Positions 42,513 to 55,410 of a stretch of DNA of 64,000 nt are shown one piece after another. Each line of letters begins with the position of its first letter. Position 1 is the stretch's first letter. The notes under the pieces are model-generated. The model was not told where the DNA came from and did no database searches. It saw nothing but the letters and a program-made list of their open reading frames with translations. The position numbers and the translations under genes are program-made. The DNA lies in contig CBDEGZ010000003.1 of assembly GCA_965238175.1 (NCBI GenBank), positions 640,001 to 704,000 of the forward strand, given 5' to 3'. Source of the stretch: Gammaproteobacteria bacterium (GTDB lineage: Bacteria; Pseudomonadota; Gammaproteobacteria; CAJXQU01).

Positions 42513-44549
42513 ATGCACATGGACGAACAAAATAACGATTTTTTTGCCCAACTAGGTTTAGATAGCGATCCCTTTCCTGCCGAGATAGATAGTTCTTTCT
42601 ATTTCGAAAATCCCGATCTGCTACAACGTCTGGATATGATCCAGCATTTGATCGGTTTCTCTAATCAGATGATATTTATCACTGGCCAACAAGGGGTTGG
42701 AAAAACCTCAATGCTGCATCGTTTGGAATATTATGCCCCAGAAAATTGGCGTATCTGTCGGATCCAGGCAAATCCGATGCTAAACACACCAACCCTGTTA
42801 CGTCTGCTAACTGATGGATTTGAGCTTGAAATTTCCGCGGATGCTGGTGATATGTTTCAGGTTTATACAGAGGCTCTACAAGCATACGTCCAAACACTTG
42901 AACGCGCTATGTTGAACCCCGTGGTTTTGATCGATAATGCCCACGAACTACCGGTCGATGCGTTCACTATGTTATTTGGTTTTATGCAGCAGGAAGGTAG
43001 TCATTCGGGTATGAAAATGGCATTGTTCTGTGAACCACAGATCAACGTCATGCTTGAGTCTCCGCAACTTAAATCTTTATCGCAGAATTTGACCCATCAA
43101 TTGGAAATTCCTTCGTTTGATGAAAAGCAAACGAGAGGCTACCTTGAACAAAGACTAATGCATGCTGGCCTTAGCAAAGATTTTCCCTTCCTTTCAGAAG
43201 TTGTACATAAAATCCACCGAGAATCGGGTGGGATCGCTGGCAAGATACATATACTTGCACAACAGGCTTTACTTGATGGAAGTACCCAAAATGAACCGCC
43301 ACCATTACCAGTGGTTGATGAGATAATGGATCTTGAAGATGATGCTACGCCTTCTGCAATGTCTGCCTCGAAGAGAGCAATAGAAAAAGTAGTGCCTATC
43401 GGTCGTAAGTTCCAGAGTTGGCAAATTGGGGTAGTGGCTGTCGTGTTTGTTCTACTCGCTGCTGTACTTTGGTTAACAAGTCAATTTGGTGATACAACCG
43501 AATCGATGATCGCTGAAGAGTTTCCCCGCGATTTAAAACCTGAGCAAGAAGATAACAATATAGAAGAGCCGGAAGCGCTTAATCCCAGTTTGTTCGTGGA
43601 AACTTCTTCTTCCGAGGAAGTTACTACGATTGAGCCAGAAACGGGTACAGAAAAAGGGCAGGATCTAGGTGCTAAAGAAACTGATTTTGTGAGAGGAGAA
43701 ACTTCGCTAGAAGAGCTAACCCAAAGAGAAGTAGTCGAAGAGATTGAAGTGATTGTTTCACCAGACGTTCGAAAAGAGGAAGCTTCAAAAGCTGAGAAAA
43801 ATAAGACCCATGCCCATGAGCCTGGTTTGAAAGAAGAAATAGTTGAACCGTATCGTCAGTTTGTAGAAGTTCTAGAAGTACCGGATAAAAAACCAGAGCA
43901 ACCAAGCGAAACAGCTCATCAGCAAAGTGAAATTACAGTTCAAATCGATGAAAATGGAAAACCTCAAGTTGTCGGTATTGAATTATCGGCAGCAGAATCG
44001 CTCAAAATAGTAGAAAAATTAATAGAAAATCAAGTGAGAAAACCAACAACCCGTTTGCCGGATGTAACGACAGAAACAGCTATTATTAATCAAAAAGAAA
44101 CACCAAAAGAACAGGCTTTAACTGCGGTAATTCAACCAGAACCTGCTATACAGGAACAAGCCATTACGAAAATACCTAAAAAAGATGTTGTAGCTACTTC
44201 AACAGCAATTGTTGAACAACAAGTTGAGCCATTAAGTACTCCATTTATTGGGATTAAAGATGGTGCCTGGTTGCGAGCACAAGATGATAATCTATTCGTG
44301 TTACAACTTTTGGGAACATATGATCAACTGGCAATGCGTAAGATTATTAATGAAAATCAGCTGGGTAATGTTGCGTGGTTTACAACGTTGCTTAATGATG
44401 AGCCGTGGTATGTCGTTGTAAAAGGACCGTTTATAGATAGTTCTTCAGCCACTGCTTCGGCGGTCTCACTGCCCGCTGAAATTCGTCGCCGCAAACCCTG
44501 GCCAAGAACAATAGCTAGTGTCAAAAAAGCGATGGATTTAATACAATGA
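42513..44549 (+). CDS. ExeA-like AAA ATPase + TM + SPOR domain protein (DamX-like)
   Basis: GQQGVGKT Walker A, LIDNAH, one TM, acidic linker, C-terminal SPOR (LQLLG, WYVVV.GPF, PWPR). Confidence 0.85.
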   Translation: MHMDEQNNDFFAQLGLDSDPFPAEIDSSFYFENPDLLQRLDMIQHLIGFSNQMIFITGQQGVGKTSMLHRLEYYAPENWRICRIQANPMLNTPTLLRLLTDGFELEISADAGDMFQVYTEALQAYVQTLERAMLNPVVLIDNAHELPVDAFTMLFGFMQQEGSHSGMKMALFCEPQINVMLESPQLKSLSQNLTHQLEIPSFDEKQTRGYLEQRLMHAGLSKDFPFLSEVVHKIHRESGGIAGKIHILAQQALLDGSTQNEPPPLPVVDEIMDLEDDATPSAMSASKRAIEKVVPIGRKFQSWQIGVVAVVFVLLAAVLWLTSQFGDTTESMIAEEFPRDLKPEQEDNNIEEPEALNPSLFVETSSSEEVTTIEPETGTEKGQDLGAKETDFVRGETSLEELTQREVVEEIEVIVSPDVRKEEASKAEKNKTHAHEPGLKEEIVEPYRQFVEVLEVPDKKPEQPSETAHQQSEITVQIDENGKPQVVGIELSAAESLKIVEKLIENQVRKPTTRLPDVTTETAIINQKETPKEQALTAVIQPEPAIQEQAITKIPKKDVVATSTAIVEQQVEPLSTPFIGIKDGAWLRAQDDNLFVLQLLGTYDQLAMRKIINENQLGNVAWFTTLLNDEPWYVVVKGPFIDSSSATASAVSLPAEIRRRKPWPRTIASVKKAMDLIQ

Positions 44550-44686
44550 GATCTTTGCACGAAAGCTATTTTCATCCCATGCGATGTTAAAACATTGCTT
44601 AACCGGTCATTTATCATGCATAAACTCCCTCTTTGCGCATGTTTTTGCCTTGCCTGGAAACGAAATATTCTTCCGTGCAAAGGTCT
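44549..44686. mobile_element. MITE with IS5/IS1106-like ends
   Basis: TIR AGATCTTTGCACG / CGTGCAAAGGTCT; touches the stop codon of the upstream gene. Confidence 0.7.
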
Positions 44687-44794
44687 GACAATAAATTAAC
44701 CACTCGTTAAACCTGACTACTCTATCCTCTTAAGAGAAACTCAGAAAACTCACCATTATTGAGCTTTTGGGTAATGCGTGTTCGTTCCTGAATC

Positions 44795-44823
44795 GTGACA
44801 TTTTGACAACTCGACGCTATACT
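44795..44823 (+). promoter_or_regulatory. sigma70 promoter of gltBD copy 1
   Basis: GTGACA-N17-TATACT upstream of the original ATG at 44866. Confidence 0.65.
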
Positions 44824-44875
44824 CTCCGGCCTTTTGCTTTCAATTGGACGAAAAAAGAAAGTTTCATGACATCTA

Positions 44876-45136
44876 TACCCAAGTTCCTTGAGAATGCCTG
44901 TTTCAGCGAGGCAATACGGTTTTGCAACAAGGCAACGTACGCAGGCAATGGTGGTTCCATTTCCAAGGACGTTAACGCGGTTGCAGAGCCGCATTGCCTC
45001 GCCTTTTGGGTGGTCATGAAGCCCTCCCTCGCGGCGTTCTGTTTTTTGATAATGGAACCACCGTTATCTGCAAAACAGGCCTTGTCAGGAAGCGCATCAT
45101 GACCACTGAAACAAGCACTCTCAAGGAACTTGGGTA
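44876..45136. mobile_element. 261-bp ERIC-like MITE inserted in the 5' end of gltB, TA duplication
   Basis: TIR TACCCAAGTTCCTTGAGA / TCTCAAGGAACTTGGGTA; TA at 44874-75 and 45137-38; excision restores ATG ACA TCT AGA ACT CAA. Confidence 0.9.
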
Positions 45137-48100
45137 TAGAACTCAAGCTCCTACTTCCGGCCTTTATCGCCCAGAATTCGAAAAAGACAATTGTGGTTTT
45201 GGTTTGATCGCTCATATGGATGGTAAGCCAAGTGTAAATCTTGTAAATACGGCAATTATTTCACTTTGTCGTTTGACGCATCGCGGTGCAGTTTCAGCCG
45301 ATGGAAAGACTGGTGATGGCTGTGGTTTATTAATGAAAAAACCACACGCATTTTTACAAGTTGTCGCCCAAGAAAATTTGTTTGATCTCGCTGAAGTTTA
45401 TGCGGTAGGCATGGTTTTTCTTAGCCATGATAAGGATCTCGCCAACACCACACGTCAAACACTCGAAAAAGAAATATCACAAGAAGGGTTGGAAGTCCTC
45501 GGCTGGCGAGAAGTGCCAGTTAATCCAGATGCTTGTGGTGAAGATGCGGCCTTATCACGACCACAAATTGAACAAATATTCGTCAATGCGCCCAAAGGCC
45601 TGTCAGAAGAAGATTTCAATCGTCATCTGTTCGTTGCTCGTCGTCGTACAGAAAAGGCATTAGAAGAAAATGATCCAGTCTTTTATATTCCGAGTCTATC
45701 TTCACATGTAATCTCTTATAAAGGTCTGGTGATGCCTGCCCATTTAGGTGAGTTTTATCTGGATCTAACGCATGAAAAAATGGCTTCATCGTTGTGTGTT
45801 TTCCATCAGCGATTTTCGACGAATACCTGGCCACAGTGGCGACTGGCTCAACCTTTTCGCTACCTCGCGCATAATGGTGAGATCAACACCATTCGAGGTA
45901 ATCGTAACTGGGCGTTGGCGCGTGGTGGAAATATTCAGTCAGTATTGATCCCTGATATGGAGGATATTTGTCCGTTTGTATCTCAATCTGGTTCGGACTC
46001 ATCTTCACTGGATAATATGCTAGAAGTGTTGATCGCAGGCGGCAAAGATATTTTCGAAGCGATGCGTATGTTGGTTCCACCTGCCTGGCAAAATATGGAA
46101 TTTATGGATCCGGATCTGCGAGCACTGTATCAATATAATGCGATGCGCATGGAGCCTTGGGATGGCCCTGCAGGAATTGTATTAACAGACGGTCGTTACG
46201 CGGCTTGCTTGCTCGACAGGAATGGCTTGCGTCCTTCTCGTTATGTGATCACAAAAGATCGACATATCACATTAGCCTCAGAGATTGGCGTTTATGAATA
46301 TGATCCTGCCGATGTGGTTGAAAAAGGTCGTCTTGGCCCCGGTCAAATGTTAGCGGTCGATACGCATACTGGCAAAATGATCCTGCCGCAAGAAGTCGAT
46401 GAGATGTTGAAATCCAGGCATCCGTATAAATCCTGGATCAATCAAAATACACAAGTTTTAGAAGCCCCGTTCAACTATGAACTTTTAACTGAGCATCCGT
46501 TGGAAAAAGATCAACTTGAAGCTTATTTAAAACTTTTCCAGGTGACCTACGAAGAGCGTGATCAAATTTTGCGCGTCCTTGCAGAAGCCGGTCAAGAAGC
46601 CATAGGCTCAATGGGCGATGATACGCCGATGCCGGTTTTGTCTGTACATACACGATCAGTTTTTGATAATTTCCGTCAGCAATTTGCCCAGGTGACCAAC
46701 CCTCCGATTGATCCGCTACGCGAAAATATCGTTATGTCACTGAATACCTATCTTGGTGCGGAGAAAAATCTGTTCGACGAAGGGCCACAACATACTGAGC
46801 GACTATTATTGAATTCGCCAATTATCGGCAGTGGGAAATTTCATAGTCTGTTAGAAGATAATCCGATGTTCGAGCATGAAAAACTCGATCTAAATTATCC
46901 GATAGATAGAGATCTAAAGTCCGCAGTAGAAAACCTTTGCGAGCAAGCGGTTAAGGCTGTCGAGAATGGTAAAACTTTATTAGTTTTATCGGATAGAAAT
47001 ATTTCCAATGATAAGTTGCCAGTTCATGCAGCGCTTGCCACTGGCGCGATCCATCACCGATTGATTGTGGAAGGTTCACGTTGTAAAGCAAACATTATTG
47101 TTGAAACAGCCACTGTACGCGATCCGCATCACTTTGCAGTATTGATCGGTTATGGTGCAAGTGCGGTTTATCCATTCCTTGCTTATCAAACGATAAACGA
47201 TATGGTTCGTAGAGGTGAGATCAAAAATCCTGATACCAATCGTTTGGCTAAATCTTATCGAAAAGGCATACAGAAAGGGCTACTGAAGATCCTCTCGAAA
47301 ATGGGGATTTCGACGATGACTAGTTATCGAGGTGCTCAGTTATTCGAGATCGTAGGTTTGAATGAGGATGTCGTTGATCTGTGTTTCTGCGGTACTGTCA
47401 GCCGAATTCAAGGCATGAGTTTCAGCGATATAGAAACAGATCTTAAGTCGCTTGCAAAAGAGGCCTGGAATAAACGTAAACCGATCCGCCAAGGTGGTTT
47501 ATTGAAATATATCCACGGTGGTGAATACCATGCCTACAATCCGGATGTTATACAGAAATTACATGCCGCAGTAGAAAGTGGTGATTTTGCAGACTATAAA
47601 GAATATGCCGATGAAGTGAATAATCGTCCGGCGACCGCTTTTCGCGATTTAATGAAACTGCGTGATGATGTTGAGTCTATTGAAATTGATCAAGTTGAAC
47701 CAATTGAAGAAATTTTAAGCCGTTTTGATTCAGCCGGCATGTCGCTAGGCGCACTTTCTCCTGAAGCGCACGAATCATTAGCAGTTGCGATGAATCGACT
47801 CGGTGGTCGATCAAATTCTGGTGAGGGTGGCGAAGATCCAATTCGCTATGGAACAGATAAAGTCTCCAAGATTAAACAAGTAGCTTCCGGTCGCTTTGGA
47901 GTAACGCCACATTATTTAGTTAATGCAGAAGTCTTGCAAATCAAAGTTGCACAAGGTGCTAAACCGGGTGAAGGTGGTCAATTACCGGGTGATAAAGTCA
48001 ATCCTATGATTGCGTCATTGCGCTTCTCCAAACCGGGCGTCGCATTAATTTCGCCACCACCACATCACGATATTTATTCGATTGAAGATTTGGCCCAACT

Positions 48101-49601
48101 AATTTTTGATCTAAAACAAGTTAATCCGCAGGCATTAGTTTCAGTAAAGTTGGTTGCCGAAGCAGGCGTTGGGACAATCGCTGTTGGTGTTGCAAAAGCC
48201 TATGCAGATTTGATCACGATTTCTGGATATGACGGTGGAACCGGTGCAAGCCCACTGACCTCTGTGAAATATGCCGGTGGGCCTTGGGAATTGGGCTTGA
48301 CCGAAACTCATCAGTCATTACGTGCGAATAATTTACGTAATAAAGTTCGTTTGCAAACTGACGGCGGTTTAAAAACCGGGCTAGACGTGATCAAAGGCGC
48401 GATCCTCGGTGCAGAATCGTTTGGCTTCGGCACAGGTCCAATGGTTGGGTTGGGTTGTAAGTATCTACGGATCTGTCATTTGAACAATTGTGCGACAGGC
48501 ATTGCCACACAAGATAAAGATCTGCGTACCTTACACTTCAAACCAAACGGCGTACAAAAAGTGATGAATTATTTCAAGTTTATTGCTCAGGATGTTCGTG
48601 AGTTAATGGCGCGATTAGGCGTAGCAAAAATGACCGATTTGATCGGGCGAACTGATCTATTGGAATTAATTGATGGAGCAACATCGCGACAAGGTAAACT
48701 TGATTTATCACCAATACTTTCTGATCATGGCATTGATACTGATAAGCCACGGTATTGTGATGAAGAAAAAAATGAACCCTACGATAAAGGTGAATTAGCC
48801 GAACAAATGTTGGATCAAATTCGCGATGCTGTGGTTAATAAAACCGGTGGCGAATTCAACTTCGATATACATAACTATAATCGCTCTATCGGTGCACGTT
48901 TGTCCGGTGAAATTGCCCGACATCATGGCAACCAAGGAATGACGGATAAACCAATCAAGATCAACTTGAAAGGTTCAGCCGGACAAAGTTTTGGTGTCTG
49001 GAATGCGGGTGGGTTGGAAATGAAACTCGATGGCGATGCGAATGATTATGTAGGTAAAGGCATGGCGGGCGGAAAACTCGTGATTGCGCCTCCTGCGGTA
49101 AGCACTTTTGAATCCCACAAAACCGTGATCATGGGCAATACTTGTCTTTACGGTGCGACGGGCGGAAAACTATTTGCAGCCGGTCAAGCAGGTGAACGTT
49201 TTGCTGTTCGTAATTCTGGAGTCACTACAGTTGTTGAAGGGATTGGTGACCATGGTTGTGAATACATGACGGGTGGCGTGGTCGTTGTGTTAGGTAAAAC
49301 CGGTGTTAATTTCGGTGCTGGCATGACTGGCGGGCTTTCCTTTGTTCTTGATATGGACAGGATTTTTTATGATCAATTTAATCACGAATTGATCGACACC
49401 CACCGACTCTTACCAGAAGATATGGAAGAATATCGCAGCTACCTTAAAGAATTGATCAGAGAGCATGTTGAAGAAACTGGTAGTGTTTTTGGTCAAGAAA
49501 TTTTGGAAAACTTTTCTGACTATGTCGGCAAATTTTGGCTGGTTATTCCGAAAGCTGCAGATTTGAATGAGCTACTTGGCAGTTTGCTCGACGCAGCCTA
49601 A
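45099..49601 (+). CDS. gltB: Glutamate synthase large subunit (copy 1; start codon supplied by the MITE)
   Basis: DN/CGFG Ntn Cys, [45 protein letters not shown]. Confidence 0.95.
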   Translation: MTTETSTLKELGYRTQAPTSGLYRPEFEKDNCGFGLIAHMDGKPSVNLVNTAIISLCRLTHRGAVSADGKTGDGCGLLMKKPHAFLQVVAQENLFDLAEVYAVGMVFLSHDKDLANTTRQTLEKEISQEGLEVLGWREVPVNPDACGEDAALSRPQIEQIFVNAPKGLSEEDFNRHLFVARRRTEKALEENDPVFYIPSLSSHVISYKGLVMPAHLGEFYLDLTHEKMASSLCVFHQRFSTNTWPQWRLAQPFRYLAHNGEINTIRGNRNWALARGGNIQSVLIPDMEDICPFVSQSGSDSSSLDNMLEVLIAGGKDIFEAMRMLVPPAWQNMEFMDPDLRALYQYNAMRMEPWDGPAGIVLTDGRYAACLLDRNGLRPSRYVITKDRHITLASEIGVYEYDPADVVEKGRLGPGQMLAVDTHTGKMILPQEVDEMLKSRHPYKSWINQNTQVLEAPFNYELLTEHPLEKDQLEAYLKLFQVTYEERDQILRVLAEAGQEAIGSMGDDTPMPVLSVHTRSVFDNFRQQFAQVTNPPIDPLRENIVMSLNTYLGAEKNLFDEGPQHTERLLLNSPIIGSGKFHSLLEDNPMFEHEKLDLNYPIDRDLKSAVENLCEQAVKAVENGKTLLVLSDRNISNDKLPVHAALATGAIHHRLIVEGSRCKANIIVETATVRDPHHFAVLIGYGASAVYPFLAYQTINDMVRRGEIKNPDTNRLAKSYRKGIQKGLLKILSKMGISTMTSYRGAQLFEIVGLNEDVVDLCFCGTVSRIQGMSFSDIETDLKSLAKEAWNKRKPIRQGGLLKYIHGGEYHAYNPDVIQKLHAAVESGDFADYKEYADEVNNRPATAFRDLMKLRDDVESIEIDQVEPIEEILSRFDSAGMSLGALSPEAHESLAVAMNRLGGRSNSGEGGEDPIRYGTDKVSKIKQVASGRFGVTPHYLVNAEVLQIKVAQGAKPGEGGQLPGDKVNPMIASLRFSKPGVALISPPPHHDIYSIEDLAQLIFDLKQVNPQALVSVKLVAEAGVGTIAVGVAKAYADLITISGYDGGTGASPLTSVKYAGGPWELGLTETHQSLRANNLRNKVRLQTDGGLKTGLDVIKGAILGAESFGFGTGPMVGLGCKYLRICHLNNCATGIATQDKDLRTLHFKPNGVQKVMNYFKFIAQDVRELMARLGVAKMTDLIGRTDLLELIDGATSRQGKLDLSPILSDHGIDTDKPRYCDEEKNEPYDKGELAEQMLDQIRDAVVNKTGGEFNFDIHNYNRSIGARLSGEIARHHGNQGMTDKPIKINLKGSAGQSFGVWNAGGLEMKLDGDANDYVGKGMAGGKLVIAPPAVSTFESHKTVIMGNTCLYGATGGKLFAAGQAGERFAVRNSGVTTVVEGIGDHGCEYMTGGVVVVLGKTGVNFGAGMTGGLSFVLDMDRIFYDQFNHELIDTHRLLPEDMEEYRSYLKELIREHVEETGSVFGQEILENFSDYVGKFWLVIPKAADLNELLGSLLDAA

Positions 49602-49607
49602 GCATAA

Positions 49608-51035
<1,428 letters not shown>

Positions 51036-51053
51036 AAATGTGGAATTTCGGCT

Positions 51054-52109
51054 ATGTCTTCATGCTTAAAAAATGATCGTTTCCTGAGAGCTTTATTAAA
51101 GCAACCTGTCGATATGACGCCCGTCTGGATGATGCGGCAAGCAGGCCGTTATCTGCCGGAGTATCGCGCCACTCGCAAAAAAGCAGGTGACTTTCTCACA
51201 CTGTGCAAAACGCCTGAATATGCTTGTGAAGTCACGCTTCAGCCATTGGAACGCTACGAGCTTGATGCGGCAATTTTGTTTTCTGACATTCTTACTATTC
51301 CAGATGCGATGGGACTGGGTTTATCTGTCAACGAAGGGGTCGGACCCCAATTTGAACGAACCGTAACAACAGAAAAAGATATTAATAACTTGATCGTCCC
51401 TGATCCTGAAGATGATCTGGGTTACGTAATGGATGCCGTTAGGCTGATCAAATCTGAATTGGATGGTCGAGTTCCACTGATTGGTTTTTCTGGTAGCCCG
51501 TGGACCTTAGCGACCTATATGATCAAAGGTGGATCATCGAAAGATCACAGTGAGATCAAAACGATGATGTATCAACAGCCAGAATTACTACACAAACTTC
51601 TGTCGACGATTACAGAATCTGTCATTAGTTATCTCAATGCACAAATCGCTGCTGGCGTTGAAACTGTAATGGTTTTTGATACTTGGGGTGGCGTGTTAAC
51701 CACCAATGATTACGAAGCGTTTTCATTACAATACATGCGAAAAATTGTTCAGAGTTTGGATACGGGAACCGGTGAAGACAGAATTCCTGCGATTGTGTTT
51801 ACCAAAGGCGGTGGTGGTTGGTTAGAACAAATTGCCGATACCGGCTGTGATGCTTTAGGACTCGATTGGACCATAGAAATCGGTGACGCACGAGCAAGAA
51901 TTGGTGACAGAGTTGCACTCCAAGGCAATATGGATCCAGCCATGTTACGAGCACCAGATGAGCGAATCAGACAAGAAGTGAAACACATTATTGAAAGTTA
52001 TGGCGAAGGAAGCGGACACGTTTTCAACCTTGGTCATGGAATCACACCGGATATTGATCCTGAAAAGGTTGGCGTTTTTATCGATGCTGTTCATGAATTC
52101 AGCAAATAA
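51054..52109 (+). CDS. hemE: Uroporphyrinogen decarboxylase
   Basis: [41 protein letters not shown]. Confidence 0.97.
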   Translation: MSSCLKNDRFLRALLKQPVDMTPVWMMRQAGRYLPEYRATRKKAGDFLTLCKTPEYACEVTLQPLERYELDAAILFSDILTIPDAMGLGLSVNEGVGPQFERTVTTEKDINNLIVPDPEDDLGYVMDAVRLIKSELDGRVPLIGFSGSPWTLATYMIKGGSSKDHSEIKTMMYQQPELLHKLLSTITESVISYLNAQIAAGVETVMVFDTWGGVLTTNDYEAFSLQYMRKIVQSLDTGTGEDRIPAIVFTKGGGGWLEQIADTGCDALGLDWTIEIGDARARIGDRVALQGNMDPAMLRAPDERIRQEVKHIIESYGEGSGHVFNLGHGITPDIDPEKVGVFIDAVHEFSK

Positions 52110-52222
52110 TTATCTTTTTGTCCGATTTTGGCGTTGGATCAATTTCTGCGATCCTCATGTATGGTTTATACACTGCGGTTCTCGAAATTAATCCGCCTTA
52201 AACTCGAACAAAAATCTGAATT
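52108..52222. repeat. Palindromic miniature repeat element
   Basis: Imperfect ends AATT..TTTTTGTCCGA / TCGAACAAAAA..AATT with nested stems (GGATCAATTTC / GAAATTAATCC). Confidence 0.55.
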
Positions 52223-52243
52223 ATTAGAGATAATTAATTTCAT

Positions 52244-53152
52244 ATGAGATCAAAAATAATTCTTGCAATAAAAGGTATGTGCATGGGAACTGCAGATGTG
52301 ATCCCCGGAGTCAGTGGCGGCACGATGGCTTTCATCCTCGGGATTTACGAACAGCTTCTTGCTGCAATAAAATCATTTGACCTCGAATGCTTAAAACGAT
52401 TATTCACCGGCGATCTAAAAGGTGCAATCACACGACCGCATTTCGGATTTATTATCCCACTGTTCATTGGGATTATCGCGGCACTGATGTTCTTCACGCG
52501 AGTCATTCCCTTACCGAAATTAATCATCAGCCAACCAGAATTGATCTACGGATTATTCTTTGGGCTTATTCTCGGATCAATTATTGTCCTGCTCAAACAT
52601 ATCGGTGAGATTAAACTAAAAGATCTGATTACGATCGGCGGGGGGATTGCTATTGGACTTTTGGTCGTAACCATGACACCAAAAGATACGCCGGATGCGA
52701 GTTGGTTTATTTTCTTCTGCGGCGCGATAGCAATCACCGCCATGATTCTGCCAGGAATTTCAGGATCATTTATTCTTTTGATCCTCGGAAAATACGCTCA
52801 CATACTTGATGGTATCAGCCATTTTAATCTAAGTATCTTGATCCCCTTCGCCCTCGGTGCTGCGAGTGGATTAATTTTCTTCAGCCGTTTTCTTTCATGG
52901 TTGTTAGCCCATTTCCATAAAGCGACTTTATTAATCATAAATGGAATATTGATTGGATCACTTTGGGTGATCTGGCCATTTCAAAATCGAGAATATGTAG
53001 AAGTAAGAGAAAAGAAACGCTTGATTGATTCAACGCCGATCTTGCCTGAATCATTCGATTCGATGGTAATCAATTCACTAATATTAATGTTGGTGGGTTT
53101 TTCGTTGGTGTTGTTTATTGGATATCTGGGAACGCGTAAAAAAGCAGCTTAG
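52244..53152 (+). CDS. DUF368 membrane protein (putative undecaprenyl-phosphate translocase)
   Basis: Two PG.SG motifs: MGTADVIPGVSGGT and AMILPGISGS. Confidence 0.9.
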   Translation: MRSKIILAIKGMCMGTADVIPGVSGGTMAFILGIYEQLLAAIKSFDLECLKRLFTGDLKGAITRPHFGFIIPLFIGIIAALMFFTRVIPLPKLIISQPELIYGLFFGLILGSIIVLLKHIGEIKLKDLITIGGGIAIGLLVVTMTPKDTPDASWFIFFCGAIAITAMILPGISGSFILLILGKYAHILDGISHFNLSILIPFALGAASGLIFFSRFLSWLLAHFHKATLLIINGILIGSLWVIWPFQNREYVEVREKKRLIDSTPILPESFDSMVINSLILMLVGFSLVLFIGYLGTRKKAA

Positions 53153-53229
53153 ATTCAATGTGAAATAAGAAAGAACAACTTATTAAATAAATCTGGTTAG
53201 TAATCTGATAGTTCTGTGGTCTCGGCTTT

Positions 53230-53308
53230 GAGATCCTTCGCAAAGCTCAGGATGACGAATTTTCTTCAACTAAAACGTCATTCTGACGACGCGAGGAGGA
53301 AGAATCTC
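53230..53308. repeat. Inverted REP-like doublet (GTCATTCTGA family) between convergent genes
   Basis: GAGATCCTTCG..CTCAGGATGACG and CGTCATTCTGA..GAAGAATCTC. Confidence 0.65.
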
Positions 53309-53369
53309 ATGAACGAAGTAATTAAGGTGCTCGTTATAGAAGTAAACTCTAGCAACGAGTCCAAGCTAA

Positions 53370-53636
53370 TTAAGTCTGTCCCATTTCCTGGATCAAATAA
53401 TCTTCCATTAACTGCTTTATTTTTGTTTGATATTTAACATCTTCCAATTGGCATTTACCCCGGAACGTATTTAGAAGATTTTCAGGAATTTTTATACTGA
53501 TCAATTTTGAAGGGGATTTGGGTTTTTGACGATGAAGATTAGAAAAATCTTCCAGAAAGTTGAGAATGTCATCTGCACCAAGATCGGCACAACGTTGTAA
53601 ATAAGTAGCATTAAATTTTTGTACAGTCTTCATCAA
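53370..53636 (-). CDS. Small RHH protein, BrnA/CopG antitoxin-like
   Basis: KLISIKIPENLL..F, YQTKIKQLM; overlaps the upstream gene by 4 bp. Confidence 0.7.
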   Translation of the reverse strand: MMKTVQKFNATYLQRCADLGADDILNFLEDFSNLHRQKPKSPSKLISIKIPENLLNTFRGKCQLEDVKYQTKIKQLMEDYLIQEMGQT

Positions 53637-54103
53637 AGTCCCTCTTTCAATTGTAATAACGCTTTAACATCTTCCAGGTCTTGCGGTCGACCACTTTCCT
53701 TTTTCATCTCGATCAAATCATTTAGCGAAAGTAATTTGATCGCACCATTACCGGTTTTAATACTCTTAGTTCGCTTCCCAGCCAGATCATAATTAATAAT
53801 AATATCGATCTGACGATCAGGTCGATTCTTATCGACAAACTGCCACGCGATTAAATTTCGATTATTAATATACTCATCCCGAAACTGAAAAATATTTTCA
53901 GCAGTTACCGGAAGATGAGACTCTAACCCAAGGCTCTTCAACGCTTCTTCAAGCTTTTTTAAATTCGCCAGCGACCACTTCGTCACAAAATCGATATCAA
54001 ACGTACCACGAACCGCACCATGCAAAGCAACGGCATAACCACCAACAATCGCGTATGGAATACGTTTAGCGGCCAACAAGTCACAAACTTCATTAATTAG
54101 CAT
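53633..54103 (-). CDS. Nucleotidyltransferase-fold protein (DUF6036-like)
   Basis: IVGGYAVALHG..R.T.DIDF; C-terminal LI.MK...GRPQDLED. Confidence 0.8.
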   Translation of the reverse strand: MLINEVCDLLAAKRIPYAIVGGYAVALHGAVRGTFDIDFVTKWSLANLKKLEEALKSLGLESHLPVTAENIFQFRDEYINNRNLIAWQFVDKNRPDRQIDIIINYDLAGKRTKSIKTGNGAIKLLSLNDLIEMKKESGRPQDLEDVKALLQLKEGL

Positions 54104-54247
54104 AAGTATATACTAGTATATACCATAATATTAAAAGTGCCTTGCTGTAAGGAATAATAGTTCAATAAAAATTTGTTAACTAAAGACAACTAATCAACAG
54201 TAGAATTCAATTATACCGGGCTTAATAGTAGTATTTTGTCCTTTTAA

Positions 54248-54685
54248 TTGATTAAGTATCAAAAGGACATAATGAATATAAAACAAGTTCTCTTTGTTGC
54301 GGCCATATTAATGTCTGGTTGTGCTTCAAACCACAATTTAAATGAAGATGGTGTAAACCGATTTGGCGGTGGAGGTTTCCGTGATAGTGAGATTCTTATT
54401 GGTTTTCATAAACTTATGGTCAGAACAAATTCTGGTTTATCGGAGAATTTGTCAACTGCTCGGGAAGCTTGGAAAAAAAGAGCGACTGAACTATGTGATG
54501 GTTCTGGTTATAAAGATATTAAAATCCATGAGAATTCCTATAACGCTAGTTCTGGTGGTGAATTTGAACCACCATGGCCATTAATTCGTACTAAAAGAAC
54601 TGGTTATATTTTATGTACACCCTCAACTACGACTCTTGAGGATGTAGAAGAATATTTAGCAAATCGAGGGCGTAAAATAAATTGA
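54248..54685 (+). CDS. Hypothetical lipoprotein (probable start MNIK at 54272)
   Basis: Lipobox MSGC; Cys pair. Confidence 0.65.
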   Translation: MIKYQKDIMNIKQVLFVAAILMSGCASNHNLNEDGVNRFGGGGFRDSEILIGFHKLMVRTNSGLSENLSTAREAWKKRATELCDGSGYKDIKIHENSYNASSGGEFEPPWPLIRTKRTGYILCTPSTTTLEDVEEYLANRGRKIN

Positions 54686-55168
54686 AATATAATATATTAT
54701 TGATTACTTCGATATTATTGATAAGCAGTTGTGTATCGTATCAACCGATACCAGAAGGTTACACAGGTCCTACTACGACTATTTATGATAGTTCGGAAAC
54801 AAATATCTCCAACAAAGGTCTTTTTCTTCCAGTTAACTACTGTCAATGGCAGGAATATATCCACTAGTTCTGGTGAAACTTATGAAGCTAATTATGGGAG
54901 AGGTTTTGCTATGAATCCCGTTACTGCAGTTAGACAAGTTCCTGCGGAAAGTTCAAAGTTAAAGATAGAAGGAATTACATACTTTGCTGCACCAATTTTA
55001 AATCTACTAAGTGAGAGTTTTAGTGCTGAAGGCGAGGTCGAGCTGGATGTTTCAGAGGGGCATAGTTACTACGTAAAAGGGGAGCTTTCAAAAGAATATT
55101 CAGCCATCTGGATTGAAGACAATAATGGTAAGATTGTAACTAAGAAGATAGAGAAACGTACCCCATAA
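54682..55168 (+). pseudogene. Frameshifted hypothetical lipoprotein
   Basis: Lipobox ISSC in ORF 54682; deleting one A at 54801-54803 fuses it in frame with ORF 54731-55168. Confidence 0.65.
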
Positions 55169-55319
55169 TTTTTTGTACTGGGGTATATAGTCAAAGGTAC
55201 GGAATGATTGTTAGAAGAAGTTCCATATAACAATGAGTATCACACCAGCAGAATTAGGCTGACGACTATATATAAACTCAAGACTTATCATATTCTGGAT
55301 CAACATAAATTTTAGTAAT

Positions 55320-55400
55320 ATAGGTCGAGTTAGTGAAGCGTAATCCGACATAAACTAGTGCTTGGTCGATGTTGGATTACGCGATGCTAATCCAACCTAC
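55320..55400. repeat. GTAG-type REP doublet (REPIN-like)
   Basis: ATAGGTCGAGTTAG..CGTAATCCGACAT and inverted ATGTTGGATTACG..CTAATCCAACCTAC. Confidence 0.7.
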
Positions 55401-55410
55401 AAAAGAAATT

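Noticed and set aside
44722-45215. Mirror-image ORFs on both strands and the TTG start of gltB at 44994
   Set aside because: Products of the MITE's inverted symmetry; ATG 45099 has an RBS and coupling support
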